Shown here: positions 10,874-22,919 of the stretch, piece after piece
Layout: each line of letters opens with the position of its first letter
How positions within the stretch are numbered: position 1 is the stretch's first letter
Source: Thermodesulfovibrionales bacterium
Lineage (GTDB): Bacteria; Nitrospirota; Thermodesulfovibrionia; Thermodesulfovibrionales; UBA6898
Length of the DNA stretch: 64,000 nt
Assembly (NCBI GenBank): GCA_044450345.1
Contig: JBIOIY010000006.1
Coordinates: 1-64,000 of the forward strand
Direction of reading: 5' to 3'
Position numbers and translations under genes: made by a program
Notes under the pieces: generated by a model
What the model was told of the DNA's origin: nothing
The model's input: only the letters and a program-made list of their open reading frames with translations
The model's database searches: none

Positions 10874-11734
10874 TTACCTTCTCTCTGATTCCCAAAGCCT
10901 CGGGTCTATCGAATCCCGTATGCCCTCACCCAACAAATTGTAGCCGAGCACCGTGATCAATATCGCAAGGCCCGGGAAGACCGAAAGCCACCAGGCAAGC
11001 TCTATATAGTCCTTGCCCAGACTGAGGATGTTGCCCCAACTCGGTGTCGGGGGCTGTACCCCAATGCCCAGAAAGCTCAGGGCGGATTCGACAAGCACTG
11101 CGCCCGCCACATTCAAGACAGCCGATACGAGCACAGGGGCCATGCTGTTTATCATAACGTGCCTGAAGATTATCCTCAAGTCGCTTGCGCCTACGGCCCG
11201 CGCGGCCAGAACGAACTCACGCTCTTTCAAAGACAGGAACTCGGCGCGCACGAGCCGGGCCACGCTCATCCAGGAGGTGAGTCCGATCACGATCATGATA
11301 TTCCATATGCTTGAGCCTATGAAGGCTATGACAGCAAGGATGAGAAAGAACGTCGGGATCGAGAGCATGATATCGATGAACCTCATGATTATCCGGTCAG
11401 TCCAGCCGGAGTAATATCCTGCAACGGCGCCCAGGATCATGCCTATAACAGTGGCGATAACTACTGCGACAAAGCCGACAGCCAACGATATCCGCGCCCC
11501 AAAGATCATCCTGCTTAAGACATCTCTCCCAAGGTCATCGGTGCCGAGGGGGTGATGGATGTCGGGTGGTGCCAGGACGTGATGTCTGTCGATCAGGTCA
11601 GGGTCATAGGGCGACACCAAGGGCGCAAAGACGGCCATAAAAAATAATGAGAGCACGATAATGCCGCCGCTTAACGCAAGGCCGTTTCTCTTAAACCGCT
11701 TCCAAAAGAGATTACGCAAGCTCTTTGTTGCCAT
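10874..11734 (-). CDS. Peptide/nickel ABC transporter permease (OppC/DppC-like)
   Basis: LGTDDLGRD, EAA-loop FVLAARAVGAS, ESALSFLGIG. Confidence 0.93.
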   Translation of the reverse strand: MATKSLRNLFWKRFKRNGLALSGGIIVLSLFFMAVFAPLVSPYDPDLIDRHHVLAPPDIHHPLGTDDLGRDVLSRMIFGARISLAVGFVAVVIATVIGMILGAVAGYYSGWTDRIIMRFIDIMLSIPTFFLILAVIAFIGSSIWNIMIVIGLTSWMSVARLVRAEFLSLKEREFVLAARAVGASDLRIIFRHVMINSMAPVLVSAVLNVAGAVLVESALSFLGIGVQPPTPSWGNILSLGKDYIELAWWLSVFPGLAILITVLGYNLLGEGIRDSIDPRLWESERR

Positions 11735-12733
11735 TTATCTCGCCCTTATCCTAGGATCGGCCAGCATATATCCGACATCCGCCAAGAGGTTCCCAAGGAG
11801 AGTCAGGAAAGCGCCTATCGTCAATATTCCCATGACCGTCGGGTAGTCCCTCGTCATCACGCTCATATAAAAAAGCTGCCCCATGCCTGGAATACCAAAG
11901 ATATTTTCGAAGATGACGCTTCCGCCGATCAGGCCCCCTACGCTCAGTCCCAGAAGCGTAATAATGGGAAGGAGGGCGTTTCTGAAGGCATGCCGGTAGA
12001 TGACCGTCCTTTCCGGAAGTCCTTTCGCCCTGGCAACCGTCACATAGTCCTGCCTTATCACCTCAAGCATGCTGCTTCGCATAAACCTCGAATCAGATGC
12101 AAGCCCGGTAAATGCCGATACGAAGATCGGCAGGATGAGATGTCTGGCCAGGTCCCATGCCTTTCCGGCAAAGGTGAGTGAATCATAATTCATCGACTTG
12201 AGCTGTGATATAGGCAGCCATCGGAGCTCAACGCCGAAGAGAATCATAAGAAGCAGTGCGAGCCAGAACGTCGGCATCGCAAACCCTATAAATACTGTTG
12301 TGGTCGCGATCTTGTCGTACATGGTGTTCTGGTGCGTCGCCGAGAAAATGCCGAGCGGCAAGGCGATAAGCAGGATAACGACCATCGAAAGAATATTGAT
12401 CATAAAGGTGACAAAGAGCCTCCGCTCTATGAGGGGCTTCTTGCCGTTCCAGATCTTTTCGATCACGGGCCTGTGGTCCGAGGAAAAAGACTCGCCGAAA
12501 TCTAACCTTCCAATCCTCTTCAGCCACAGCCCGTACTGGACGATGACCGGCTTGTCGAGGCCGTAATATTTTTCGAGCTTCTCTCTCGCCTCGGGCGTGA
12601 TCTTCGGATTCAGCTCGGTGAATATGTCGGTCGGCTTGCCCGGCGCAAGGTGGATAATGAAGAACGAAATCAAAGTGATGCCGAACAGTGTAGGGATGAT
12701 CTCAAGAAGTCGTTTAATCAGATAGGTCGGCAT
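11735..12733 (-). CDS. Peptide/nickel ABC transporter permease (OppB/DppB-like)
   Basis: [26 protein letters not shown]; start MPTYLIKR overlaps the upstream stop codon. Confidence 0.93.
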   Translation of the reverse strand: MPTYLIKRLLEIIPTLFGITLISFFIIHLAPGKPTDIFTELNPKITPEAREKLEKYYGLDKPVIVQYGLWLKRIGRLDFGESFSSDHRPVIEKIWNGKKPLIERRLFVTFMINILSMVVILLIALPLGIFSATHQNTMYDKIATTTVFIGFAMPTFWLALLLMILFGVELRWLPISQLKSMNYDSLTFAGKAWDLARHLILPIFVSAFTGLASDSRFMRSSMLEVIRQDYVTVARAKGLPERTVIYRHAFRNALLPIITLLGLSVGGLIGGSVIFENIFGIPGMGQLFYMSVMTRDYPTVMGILTIGAFLTLLGNLLADVGYMLADPRIRAR

Positions 12734-14367
12734 CAGGGCTCCAGATGGTGCCGCTGGATCTGTTTCGGCACATACCACTTGGGCAGGTTGTACGTAATGC
12801 CTATCGGGGCGGGCTTGATACCCTTGAACCTTCCGTGAACTATCGGCGTTGCATCAGGGACGTAGAGGAAGATATAAGGCAGCTCATCGGCGAGTATCTC
12901 CTGGATAAGGTTATATGCCTTCTTCCTCTCCGCAATATCATAAGTCCTCCGCCCTTTTTCGAGAAGCGCGTCCACTTCGGGATTTTTGTAGCCGACGAAG
13001 TTAAACTCCTTCTCCTTCGTTTTTCCCGAATACCAGATGTCGTACTGGTCCGGATCAAGACCGATAGACCATCCGAGGATCACCACCTCAAACCGTCTCT
13101 TGTCGATGAACTCGTTTACGAAGGTAGACCACTCAATGGCTTCAATTTTGACTTTGATGCCGACCTTAGCGAGCCTCCACTGGATAATGGTCGCCGTATT
13201 CATGCGGAGCGTATTACCCATATTAGTGCGGATTGTGAATTCGAAAGGCCTGCCGTCCTTCTCCATGACACCATTGCTGTTTGGCTCCCATCCCGCCTCT
13301 TTCAAAAGCTGCTTCGCCTTCTCCGGGTCATATTTATATTCTTTGACGTTTGGGTTATAGGGCCAGGTATTAGGCACATAAGGGCCTGTGGCAGGGCTCC
13401 CCAGACCGAAGAGTACGACATCTACGATCTCGCTCTTATCAATTGCATAGGCTATCGCCTGCCTTATGCGCTTGTCTTTGAAGAACGGGTGCTTCAGGTT
13501 GAACCCCATATAGGTATAGACGAACTGGGGGAAGCGGTACTTCTGGAAGTTATTTCTAAAATACTCGCTCTCTGTCTGTTTGGTATACTGGATCGGCGTA
13601 AGATCCATCATATCCACTCCCCCTGTCTGGAGTTCCAGGAACATGGTCGCGCGGTCGGGAATGATCCGGTAAATAAACCGGTCTATATACGGCCTACCTT
13701 CGAAATATTCATGGTTCGAATCAAGAAGCAGTTCCTGTCCCGTGACCCATTTTGTGAGTTTGTACGGTCCGAGACCTATGGGATTCCTGCCGAAATCAGT
13801 CTTGGTGATATCCTTGCCTTCGAGCAGGTGTTTCGGGAGGATGACGAGTCCCCCCCATGAAGTCAGTGCGGGCGCAAACGGTTTATCATAGGTAGCTTTG
13901 AACGTATATTTATCGACCACCTCCGCCCTCTTCACCTGCAGGAAATCCTCGCTGTACGCGGTCGGCGTTTTTTTGTCCGTGATCGTATCGAAGCCGAACT
14001 TAACATCATCGGCCGTGAATTCAACACCGTCAGTCCACCTGACGCCTTTCCTCAGATGAAATGTGATCGTTAGCCCGTCGGAAGAGACGTCCCATGATTC
14101 TGCTAGATCGCCGATCACACTCAGGTCGGTATCATATTTGACAAGGCCGTTAAACATCATCCCCGCCACCTCGTGTGAGGCGCTGTCCCCGGCGAGCATA
14201 GGGACAAGGATGGTAGGCTCGCCGATAGAACCATTGACGAGGGCATCTCCGTAGGCGGGCTCTCCTGTTGTCCTGACCGGTGATTCCTGGGCCGCATTCT
14301 CGGACCTGCCTTTGCAGGCGGTGGCCATGATGACCAGGAAGAAAAGAAAGAAAAAAATCTTATTCAT
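12733..14367 (-). CDS. Peptide ABC transporter substrate-binding lipoprotein (OppA/AppA-like)
   Basis: Lipobox [32 protein letters not shown]. Confidence 0.93.
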   Translation of the reverse strand: MNKIFFFLFFLVIMATACKGRSENAAQESPVRTTGEPAYGDALVNGSIGEPTILVPMLAGDSASHEVAGMMFNGLVKYDTDLSVIGDLAESWDVSSDGLTITFHLRKGVRWTDGVEFTADDVKFGFDTITDKKTPTAYSEDFLQVKRAEVVDKYTFKATYDKPFAPALTSWGGLVILPKHLLEGKDITKTDFGRNPIGLGPYKLTKWVTGQELLLDSNHEYFEGRPYIDRFIYRIIPDRATMFLELQTGGVDMMDLTPIQYTKQTESEYFRNNFQKYRFPQFVYTYMGFNLKHPFFKDKRIRQAIAYAIDKSEIVDVVLFGLGSPATGPYVPNTWPYNPNVKEYKYDPEKAKQLLKEAGWEPNSNGVMEKDGRPFEFTIRTNMGNTLRMNTATIIQWRLAKVGIKVKIEAIEWSTFVNEFIDKRRFEVVILGWSIGLDPDQYDIWYSGKTKEKEFNFVGYKNPEVDALLEKGRRTYDIAERKKAYNLIQEILADELPYIFLYVPDATPIVHGRFKGIKPAPIGITYNLPKWYVPKQIQRHHLEP

Positions 14368-14421
14368 ATTTTGTTAAGAATACTGCAATTATCCTGATTT
14401 TTCAATTCAGCGTAGGGTGTC

Positions 14422-17184
14422 TCACTTGTAATGCCTGAGATACTCCCCGGTGAATGACTTTTTTGATTTGACGATCTGCGCAGGCGTGCCTTCGAAGATG
14501 ATACTGCCGCCCTTGTCTCCTCCTTCAGGGCCGAGGTCGATTATCCAGTCCGCCACCCTGACCACATCAAGGTTGTGCTCTATCACCAGCACCGTATTCC
14601 CCGCCTCGACAAGCCTGTTGAGGACATCGAGGAGGGCCTGGACATCGGCGAAATGGAGTCCGACCGTCGGTTCGTCCAGGATATAAAGCAGGCCCCGGGT
14701 TCCTGTCGCACCCATCTCGGCGCATATCTTGAGCCTCTGGGCCTCGCCGCCGGAGAGCGTTGTTGCGGGCTGCCCGAGCCGCAGATAGCCAAGACCGGTA
14801 TCGACCAGCAATTGAAGCTGCGACCTTATCTTCGGCTGATCTGAGAAGAACGTATATGCCTCATCGACGGTCATATTCAAGACATCGCTTATATTCTTGT
14901 TCCTGTATTTTATCCTCAGGGCCTCGGGTCCATATCTCTTCCCATCGCACTTTTCGCATCGTATATAGAGGTCCTCGAAAAAATACATCTCCATAAGCTC
15001 ATATCCTTCTCCCTTGCAGGTCTCACATCTTCCGCCGCGGACGTTGAACGAGAAAAAGCCCGGACTGTAGCCATAGGCCCTTGATTCACGCAGCTCGGAG
15101 AAGAGTTTTCTTATCTGATCGAAGATCTTGAGGTAGGTGACAGGGTTCGAACGGGGACTTCTCCCTATTGGAGATTGGTCGATCAATTTAACGCCCTTCA
15201 GGTAAATATCGCCCTCCATCTTCCCGTAGGGAAGGGGAGGCTCGTTCTCGGACTTGAACTTCTTTGAAAGGGCCCTGTAGAGCGTCTCAACAACGAGACT
15301 GCTCTTGCCGGAACCCGACACCCCGGTGACAGCGGTTAAACTATTCAACGGCACCCTGAAATCAACCCCTTTCAGGTTATTCCCCCGGGCGCCCAAAACC
15401 GACAGGGTCGAACTGGAAACCCTTCCCGACCTGACAGGGATCCCTACCTTCTTAATTCCCCTCATATACCGGGAGGTGAGCGTGTCGGCCTTGAGAAAAT
15501 TTCCGACAGGTCCCGAGAAAACGACTTCCCCTCCCTTCTGGCCGCCGCCCGGGCCGAGTTCGACAATCCATTCAGCCGCACTTATAATCCCCCTGTCGTG
15601 TTCAACGACAATGACCGTATTCCCAAGGGCGGAAAGCTGGTCCATTATTGCGGCGATCCTCTGCGTGTCCCTGGCGTGCAGTCCTACGGTGGGCTCATCA
15701 AGGACGTACAGGGTCCCAGTCAATAAAGAGGCGAGCTGGTTTGAAAGATTGATCCTCTGATATTCTCCGCCTGAGAGGGTCTTGCCGTAACGGTCGAGGG
15801 TAAGATAATCGAGGCCGACCTTTTCGAGGAACCGGAGCTTCATCGCTATCTGCCTCAAGAGCTCCTTTGCTATATTTCTCTTAAACGGAGACAAGTCCAG
15901 ATCGGCAAAGAACTTCACGGCCTCTGAAATGGACATCCGGCAGAGTTCGGCGATATCGAGACCGGAGACCTTATAGGCGAGCGCTTCTTTTTTGAGCCTC
16001 TTCCCCTGGCATTCAGGACAGGTGAATCCCCTCCTGTAGCGGCTCAGGAAGACCCTCACGTGGAGTTTGTACCTGCGTCCCTCCATATCTTCAAAGAAAT
16101 CGTCGATACCGTAAAAACCGCTTGCCCCCTTGAAGAGGAGACTCTTTTCTTCACGCGAAAAATCTCCGTAGGGCTTGCGTATATCGAGCCCTGATTTCTT
16201 ACCCTTGTCAAGAAGCTGTTTCTTCCACCATCTATAAGCCGGTTTGTTCCAGGGGTCCACTGCCCCGTCTGCCAGGGAGAGCGTCTTGTCCGGGATGATT
16301 AATTCTTCGTCGTAAAGAAGCGTATTGCCGAAGCCCTTGCATACCTTGCACGCTCCCACCGGATGATTAAAGGAAAAAAGAATCGCTGCCGGCAAAGGCA
16401 ACTCTATGCCGCACTCTTCACAGGCGTTTTCAGCGGAAAACGACAGAATAAGATAAGGGCCGAGGGGCGAGGGGTGATTACCGACCGCTGTTGATTGCCG
16501 GCTGACTATGACCACTTTCAGCATACCCTTCCCTTCTTTCCAGGCCATCTCAATCGAATCGGCAAGCCTCGGCTCGTCGAGAATCACGAGCCTGTCGAGG
16601 ACCACGCTGTAAGTAGTGGGCGACGCCCCGGCCTTCAGTTCTTCAATGTCCTTTATCCCGCCATCGATCCAGACCCTGAGAAACCCCCTCCTTCTCAGCC
16701 CCTCCATGGAATCTTCAGTATTGAAAATGATGACCGCCTTCTCACCCTGGTATTTCTCTAAAAGCTCCGATACTATCTGTGCAGTGTCCCATCTCCTTAT
16801 TTCTTTGCCGCAATTCGGACAATAGGGAGTCGAGACCTTCGCATAAAGGAGCCTGAAAAGCTCGTAACCCTCTGTAAGCGTGCCGACCGTGGAGCGCGAA
16901 CCGCGCACAGGGTTTTTCTGTTCGAGGGCGATGGCAGGTCTGATATTATGAATAGCGTCTACGTCAGGTCTGTCGAGTTTTTCGAGGAAAAGCCGCGCAT
17001 AGGTCGAAAGGGACTCTATAAAACGCCATTGGCCTTCCGCGAATATGGTATCAAATGCAAGGGATGACTTTCCGGAACCGGAAACTCCTGTGACCGCAAT
17101 TACCTTGTTGTGAGGAAGACTGAGGGTAATGTTTTTGAGGTTGTTCTGCCTCGCACCTTCGATAATCAATTCTTTGCCGGACAT
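14422..17184 (-). CDS. uvrA: Excinuclease ABC subunit A
   Basis: Two ABC cassettes (GVSGSGKSSL twice, LSGGE, LDEPT) with zinc fingers; may be a second paralogue. Confidence 0.93.
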   Translation of the reverse strand: MSGKELIIEGARQNNLKNITLSLPHNKVIAVTGVSGSGKSSLAFDTIFAEGQWRFIESLSTYARLFLEKLDRPDVDAIHNIRPAIALEQKNPVRGSRSTVGTLTEGYELFRLLYAKVSTPYCPNCGKEIRRWDTAQIVSELLEKYQGEKAVIIFNTEDSMEGLRRRGFLRVWIDGGIKDIEELKAGASPTTYSVVLDRLVILDEPRLADSIEMAWKEGKGMLKVVIVSRQSTAVGNHPSPLGPYLILSFSAENACEECGIELPLPAAILFSFNHPVGACKVCKGFGNTLLYDEELIIPDKTLSLADGAVDPWNKPAYRWWKKQLLDKGKKSGLDIRKPYGDFSREEKSLLFKGASGFYGIDDFFEDMEGRRYKLHVRVFLSRYRRGFTCPECQGKRLKKEALAYKVSGLDIAELCRMSISEAVKFFADLDLSPFKRNIAKELLRQIAMKLRFLEKVGLDYLTLDRYGKTLSGGEYQRINLSNQLASLLTGTLYVLDEPTVGLHARDTQRIAAIMDQLSALGNTVIVVEHDRGIISAAEWIVELGPGGGQKGGEVVFSGPVGNFLKADTLTSRYMRGIKKVGIPVRSGRVSSSTLSVLGARGNNLKGVDFRVPLNSLTAVTGVSGSGKSSLVVETLYRALSKKFKSENEPPLPYGKMEGDIYLKGVKLIDQSPIGRSPRSNPVTYLKIFDQIRKLFSELRESRAYGYSPGFFSFNVRGGRCETCKGEGYELMEMYFFEDLYIRCEKCDGKRYGPEALRIKYRNKNISDVLNMTVDEAYTFFSDQPKIRSQLQLLVDTGLGYLRLGQPATTLSGGEAQRLKICAEMGATGTRGLLYILDEPTVGLHFADVQALLDVLNRLVEAGNTVLVIEHNLDVVRVADWIIDLGPEGGDKGGSIIFEGTPAQIVKSKKSFTGEYLRHYK

Positions 17185-17303
17185 CTAAATATTTTAACAC
17201 AGCAGCCCGGAGCCAAGGTACGTATGGGGCAAGGTCAGGTAAGGATATGCTAAACCGTTGTTTCTCATCCGACTCGATACACCGAGCTACTGCCTGGTAT
17301 TAG

Positions 17304-18269
17304 TTATGCTTGGCCGGCATTTCTCAGCACAGATTCGAAATAGGCGATAGTCTTCTTAAGCCCTTCCTCCAGCTGGATCTTAGGCTCCCAGAGAAGCGTC
17401 TCTTTAGCAAGTCTTATATCGGGCTGCCGCTGCGTCGGGTCGTCTTGCGGCAAAGGGGCGTGGATGATCTTTGATCTTGACCCTGTTAGGGAAATGACCT
17501 TCTCGGCAAGCTCAAGGATCGAAAACTCGCCTGGATTCCCCATATTGACAGGTCCGATTACCTCATCGGGGGCGTTCATGAGCCTTATAAGACCGTCAAT
17601 AAGGTCATCCACATAACAAAAACTCCTGGTCTGACTCCCGTCGCCGTAAACGGTGATATCATCGTTGCGAAGCGCCTGGACGATAAAGTTGCTCACCACC
17701 CGGCCATCGTTGGGGTACATCCTCGGTCCGTAGGTGTTAAATATCCGTGCCACCCTAATCTGCAGCTTGTGCTGGCGGTAATAATCGAAGAAAAGGGTCT
17801 CCGCGCACCTCTTCCCTTCGTCATAACAGGACCTTGGGCCGATGGGGTTAACGTTCCCCCAATAGGATTCGGTCTGTGGATGCACGCTGGGGTCGCCGTA
17901 AACCTCGCTGGTGGAAGCCTGCAATATTTTGGCCTTTACCCTCTTTGCGAGACCGAGCATGTTGATAGCTCCGTGCACCGATGTCTTCGTTGTCTGGACG
18001 GGGTCGAACTGATAATGTATTGGAGAGGCAGGACATGCAAGGTTATATATTTCGTCGACCTCCACATATAGGGGGAAGCAGATATCGTGCCTCAACACCT
18101 CAAAAAAGGGGTTCCCGATAAGGTACGCGATGTTGCCCCTTCTCCCGGTGTAGAAATTATCCGCGCAGATCACTTCATTGCCCTCATTCAGGAGCCTCTC
18201 GCAAAGATGCGACCCGAGGAAACCCGCCCCGCCCGTCACAAGAATTCTTTTACCTAAATAGTTTTTCAA
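17304..18269 (-). CDS. UDP-glucuronate decarboxylase (UDP-xylose synthase family)
   Basis: [41 protein letters not shown]. Confidence 0.92.
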   Translation of the reverse strand: MKNYLGKRILVTGGAGFLGSHLCERLLNEGNEVICADNFYTGRRGNIAYLIGNPFFEVLRHDICFPLYVEVDEIYNLACPASPIHYQFDPVQTTKTSVHGAINMLGLAKRVKAKILQASTSEVYGDPSVHPQTESYWGNVNPIGPRSCYDEGKRCAETLFFDYYRQHKLQIRVARIFNTYGPRMYPNDGRVVSNFIVQALRNDDITVYGDGSQTRSFCYVDDLIDGLIRLMNAPDEVIGPVNMGNPGEFSILELAEKVISLTGSRSKIIHAPLPQDDPTQRQPDIRLAKETLLWEPKIQLEEGLKKTIAYFESVLRNAGQA

Positions 18270-18445
18270 GATGTCTCGTCCTGTCTATTTCACCGGCGGA
18301 TTTCCTGCCGCCATCGCGCAAATAGTTCTTTCACCCGAGGTTATTATACCGCATGAACCCGACGAGCAACAACTTAGTGTTGAAGGTCGGGTACGACCTT
18401 CACGGGAACCACGGTACGCATAGGGCAAGATCAGGTTAGATATGT

Positions 18446-19474
18446 TCAATACCAGACAATTTCTCCTGACTTTTTCTTCACAGGGACTTTTCTCATGGCC
18501 ATCTGTTTTTCCCATGATCCCTTATTGTTCTTATACCACTCGACGGTCCTCAGCAGACCCTCGTCAAACGCAGTGTGCGCATTGAACCCCACTATCCTTT
18601 CGGCCTTTTCGGTAGAAGAGATATGGCTCTGGACCTGGCCGAATCTCTCATCGATATAAGTCATATGGCCTTGACCAAGACCGAATATTTCGATAATTTT
18701 TTTTGCGATATCCAGGACACTTATGCTGATCCCCGTTCCGAGATTAAGCACTTCTCCCTTAACGTCGCTGAGGGGCGCGTGCACGACCCTGTCAAGGGCA
18801 TCGGCAGTGTCTTCGACAAAGAGCCAGTCCCGTGCAGCAGAACCGTCGCCGTGAATCGTAAGCGGCTCTCCCAAAATCGCACTCGTGATAAAACGGGGGA
18901 CCGCCTTCTCCAGATGCTGACGGGGGCCATAATTATTGAACGGCCTTACGATAACTGCCGGAATGTCATAAGACTCCACATAAGAGGAGACCAGCCTGTC
19001 CGCTCCCGCCTTCGCCGCTGCGTAAGGCGTTGTGGGATTAATCGGATGGTCCTCATCCATGGGTTCCCGCAGTGCGGTGCCGTACACTTCGGAAGTCGAT
19101 ACATGGACGAACCTTTCGACCTTGTCCGAATGCCTTAATATTGCATTCGCAATCGCCTGAGTCCCCAGGACATCCGTAATAAAAAACACTCTATTCAAAT
19201 AAAGAGAGCGGGCTACGTGCGTCTCGGCCGCAAAATGGACGATGATCTCCGACCTTTCAACAAGGTCATCGACCAGATCAAGATTATTCAGATTACCATA
19301 CCAGAATTCGAACCTGTTCGAATCGCGGATCTCGGCAGGGACATTCTCGATATTTCCGGCGTAAGTCAGTGCGTCAAGAACAACAATCTTATATTCAGGA
19401 TACTTATAAAAAATGTGCTCTATAAAATTGCTGCCGATAAAGCCGGCCCCGCCGGTCACGAGAATGGTTCTCAT
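18446..19474 (-). CDS. NDP-glucose 4,6-dehydratase (RffG/RmlB-like)
   Basis: GGAGFIGSNF, DALTYAG, HFAAETHV, YAAAK, NNYGPRQHLEK. Confidence 0.88.
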   Translation of the reverse strand: MRTILVTGGAGFIGSNFIEHIFYKYPEYKIVVLDALTYAGNIENVPAEIRDSNRFEFWYGNLNNLDLVDDLVERSEIIVHFAAETHVARSLYLNRVFFITDVLGTQAIANAILRHSDKVERFVHVSTSEVYGTALREPMDEDHPINPTTPYAAAKAGADRLVSSYVESYDIPAVIVRPFNNYGPRQHLEKAVPRFITSAILGEPLTIHGDGSAARDWLFVEDTADALDRVVHAPLSDVKGEVLNLGTGISISVLDIAKKIIEIFGLGQGHMTYIDERFGQVQSHISSTEKAERIVGFNAHTAFDEGLLRTVEWYKNNKGSWEKQMAMRKVPVKKKSGEIVWY

Positions 19475-19482
19475 TGTACCTC

Positions 19483-20616
19483 CTAAGAATTATTTAGTTC
19501 TTCCCTCAAAACTTGTACGACGTATTTGAGATCACTTTCGCGCAAAGACGGATACAGCGGCAGTGACAAGGTGCTTCTCCCGATCTCCTCCGCCACAGGG
19601 AAGTCGCCATCCTTATATCCGAACGTCTTCCTGTAATAGGCGAGCAGATGAATCGGCCGGTAATTCACCGCAATCCCTATGCCGCGATTCTGGACCCTCC
19701 AGAGGAGCGGGTCTCTCATCGCCGGCGGGACCAGAACCGTGAAAAGGTGCCTTGCATGCCGTACCCCCGGGACCGTGCTTAATATTCTGACGTTTTCCAT
19801 TCCTTGCAATTGTTTCTCATACAACCTCCACAGGACATCTCTTTTCTCCCAGAGAGCTTCAATGCGTGCAAGCTGCCCTATCAGGAGCGCTGCCTGGATA
19901 TTGTCCATGTTGTATTTCCATCCTAACAGCGGCATGTCCCAGTGCTGATATTTCTTCGTATACCTGTCGGCGGCCCCCTTGTCTATCCCGTGGAGCCTCA
20001 ACATCCGCAGGTCCTCGGCGAGCTGTAGATTGTTCGTAGTCACCGCGCCGCCTTCGCCGGATGTTATATTTTTTGTGGCATAAAAACTGAAACACGCCGT
20101 GTCCGATAATTGCCCCACCTTGCTTCCATCCCTTGAGGCCTCGATGGCATGTGCGGCATCTTCGATGATTTTAAGATTGTGCTTGTACGCAAGCTCCCTG
20201 ATCCGTTTCATATCACACATCTGACCGTAAAGGTGCACCGGGATGATGGCCCTGGTCTTTTCGGTAATGGCCGATTCAACGAGCTCTGCGTTTAAGTTCC
20301 CTGTTTCCTCTTCAACATCCACAAACACAGGACGGGCCCCTGCATGCATGACCGCGTTTGACGTGGCGCAAAAGCTCATCGGCGTTGTGATGACCTCGTC
20401 CCCCGGGCCGATGCCGAGTGCAATAAGGCTCAGGTGGAGGGCAGCGGTACAACTGGTGAGCCCTATGGCATTGTCGGCGGAAAGGTACGCCGCGAAGGAC
20501 TTCTCAAACTCCTCGACCAATTTCCCGGTGGTCAAAAATATCGACTTAAGAATGCCCCTCGCCCGTTCTATATCTTCATCGTTAATAGAATGTTCAAAAA
20601 ACTCTATCTTTTTCAT
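19483..20616 (-). CDS. DegT/DnrJ/ArnB-family PLP sugar aminotransferase
   Basis: SCTAALHL, GPGDEVI, IEDAAHA, SFYATKNITSGEGG. Confidence 0.93.
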   Translation of the reverse strand: MKKIEFFEHSINDEDIERARGILKSIFLTTGKLVEEFEKSFAAYLSADNAIGLTSCTAALHLSLIALGIGPGDEVITTPMSFCATSNAVMHAGARPVFVDVEEETGNLNAELVESAITEKTRAIIPVHLYGQMCDMKRIRELAYKHNLKIIEDAAHAIEASRDGSKVGQLSDTACFSFYATKNITSGEGGAVTTNNLQLAEDLRMLRLHGIDKGAADRYTKKYQHWDMPLLGWKYNMDNIQAALLIGQLARIEALWEKRDVLWRLYEKQLQGMENVRILSTVPGVRHARHLFTVLVPPAMRDPLLWRVQNRGIGIAVNYRPIHLLAYYRKTFGYKDGDFPVAEEIGRSTLSLPLYPSLRESDLKYVVQVLREELNNS

Positions 20617-20651
20617 AGTATTATTTTTCTTTGACGCAGAATCGCCATATG

Positions 20652-22220
20652 CTATTGCGATATAGCGGACTTATAGATATGCACTCCTCCAATTTGTTTT
20701 ACGAATTCGAATCCAGGCAAAAATTCCTTCTTTTCCATGGGCGATAACGTCCTCGTCAACACGATTCGAAACTTTTTTAACACATTTTTTGTTATTTGAT
20801 AAATAAAAGGCCTCTTTTGAGCAAAAGTATTGGTAAGCGATAACCATCCTGGTTCTTTAGCCGTATAGTATAACAGTGGTGATTTATCTCCATATGGCCA
20901 GTACAATTCGAAAGGTGCAACGAGATTCAGCACCTCGGCTGAATCTCGGATTCCCAAACCATATAACTCGCCTGCAATGACGCCATTAAATGCCACGAGA
21001 CGATTGCTTTCTAAGGTTAGCACGGCTGAACGAACTTGGAACATTGAAACAACGGACAAACAGATGATCAAGACGCCGAGCACCAGTTTGTTATTACTGG
21101 CAAGTTTGACAATCGGAATTGCCACGATCATAAACGATATACATAATAGCAAGGGCATAACATAATAAGGCAGAGGCTGTCTCAATGAAATGGGAATGAG
21201 GAGTACAGCTTCAAATACCAACAGCGCAATAAGTTCCCTGCGAATAAGGGCATTCACCTTCTCTTGCTTCAGTGCCGTCCCAATTTCTTCAGTGAACCAC
21301 CAAACAGCTGCCGGGACTATAACAAAAATCGTAACATTATAGGCGTATGTATACCCCCATGCGTACAAGATTTCGCCAACGTGATTTGTGAGATATTCGA
21401 AAGTCGAGGGCATATTTCGAAGTTGGGTGCCGGTCATCAAAAAATCAGCTTCTCCAACCAGAAGCGTCAGATAATATTTTGAAGAATTCTGGAATGGAAT
21501 ATGGCCAGCCCGCAGTGCAAATATTATTTCAGGAAGTAGGCCAACTGTCAGACCTGCAGCGATGATCAACGCTTCCCGAATACGTTTGCCCCATGGTACA
21601 GGATGAGAAAACAATAACAGTAATATCGTCAGGGGGACTACACTTTGAATAAAAGTATAACGAGTACTGCAGGCAAGTCCTGCAAATAAAGCACTGAGAA
21701 TTAAAATACGTGATGAGCGATCGGGCTTGAATGCCAGTACCATCAAAGGCATTGCCATTGATAAAGCAACAATGTCAGGTAATGGTGTGGCTAACGTCAA
21801 CAAAAAGTGATAAGACGTCGCTGTAAGCAGCCATGCAACAGGACCTGCCCAAGGCAATTCTCCCCATCGAGATGCTCCTTTCCAAATAAAGACAAGGAAA
21901 GGTACGGCTGTTATAAGCGGCAGTAAACGACCTGCATCCATATATTGAAGACCCAATGAATGAAAAAAGTTCAAGAGAATGGGATATCCTGCCGGTATGA
22001 CACTGTTCGTAGAGCTTCCCAATCCGCCTTCCCGATCTTCAAGCGCCATCCATACATGGCCGAAAAAATCATTGACGACCAACTGATGATGTGCAGCAAA
22101 AAAATAGAACCCGTAAAGCGAAACGACTGATATCGAAGCAAGCCAGGGCAGGCCTTTCCAGCGAAGAATGGGCGGCACGGTCTCCAGAATATCTTTCTGT
22201 CGATTAAATTGCTTTTCCAT
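20652..22220 (-). CDS. Polytopic membrane protein, putative GT-C glycosyltransferase
   Basis: Many TM segments; N-terminal loop NDFFGH...PAGYPILL like ArnT/PMT-type GT-C; sits in a sugar cluster. Confidence 0.6.
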   Translation of the reverse strand: MEKQFNRQKDILETVPPILRWKGLPWLASISVVSLYGFYFFAAHHQLVVNDFFGHVWMALEDREGGLGSSTNSVIPAGYPILLNFFHSLGLQYMDAGRLLPLITAVPFLVFIWKGASRWGELPWAGPVAWLLTATSYHFLLTLATPLPDIVALSMAMPLMVLAFKPDRSSRILILSALFAGLACSTRYTFIQSVVPLTILLLLFSHPVPWGKRIREALIIAAGLTVGLLPEIIFALRAGHIPFQNSSKYYLTLLVGEADFLMTGTQLRNMPSTFEYLTNHVGEILYAWGYTYAYNVTIFVIVPAAVWWFTEEIGTALKQEKVNALIRRELIALLVFEAVLLIPISLRQPLPYYVMPLLLCISFMIVAIPIVKLASNNKLVLGVLIICLSVVSMFQVRSAVLTLESNRLVAFNGVIAGELYGLGIRDSAEVLNLVAPFELYWPYGDKSPLLYYTAKEPGWLSLTNTFAQKRPFIYQITKNVLKKFRIVLTRTLSPMEKKEFLPGFEFVKQIGGVHIYKSAISQ

Positions 22221-22229
22221 TTAAAGTCC

Positions 22230-22919
22230 TTACGGCTTTTTGCCGGTTATCAGTATATGAGGTGCGAAGTCTATGTGCCTGACCTGGGTAACGCAAGGCC
22301 GAAAGCCGCATTCCGAAAGAAGCGACACCCATCCGGACTGGGAACGATAATATCCGACCTTACCCTGAGTAATGTGCGTAACTCGCGTCATCGCATCGAA
22401 GACATAACAATACCAGAATTTCATGACCGGCGTGGATCCGACATCTTTAATCAGCACCATACCGCCATGATCGAGCAACTCGAAAGCATGCGATAGCATC
22501 TTTATTTGCAAGTCGTAGTCCATATGATGCAGGACGTCGACGAAAACTACAGCCGTCAGATCTCTTTCGCCATTCTCTTGTCCGAAAGGCTGAAGGCGAA
22601 GGTCTATACGACCATCTACTGCGAGCCTGCCGCACACCTGTTTTCCCAACGCGACACGGCGGGAATCGATCTCCATACCTATTAATTGTCGTTTGTCATT
22701 TTTCTGGCCGAGAGCGAGCCACTGCAGAAGCAAGCCGGCGCCGCAGCCCACATCTATCAACTTGCCCGTTGCGGGCAAAGACCTTTCGATATCGAGAAGG
22801 GGACAAAGTGCCATTCTGATTTTTGCGTAGGCTCCGCTCCACCTTCCGAAGTTCCGGTATGCATTCGCAATCAGGCTATAACGCGGGTCGATTACTGAGG
22901 GCCACCATGAACCGGTCAT
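22230..22919 (-). CDS. Class I SAM-dependent methyltransferase
   Basis: IDVGCGAG, DVLHH. Confidence 0.88.
   Translation of the reverse strand: MTGSWWPSVIDPRYSLIANAYRNFGRWSGAYAKIRMALCPLLDIERSLPATGKLIDVGCGAGLLLQWLALGQKNDKRQLIGMEIDSRRVALGKQVCGRLAVDGRIDLRLQPFGQENGERDLTAVVFVDVLHHMDYDLQIKMLSHAFELLDHGGMVLIKDVGSTPVMKFWYCYVFDAMTRVTHITQGKVGYYRSQSGWVSLLSECGFRPCVTQVRHIDFAPHILITGKKP

Noticed and set aside
12745..13860. 371-aa + strand ORF
   Set aside because: Antisense shadow of the OppA-like gene with no recognisable motifs; the same holds for most short overlapping ORFs in the track
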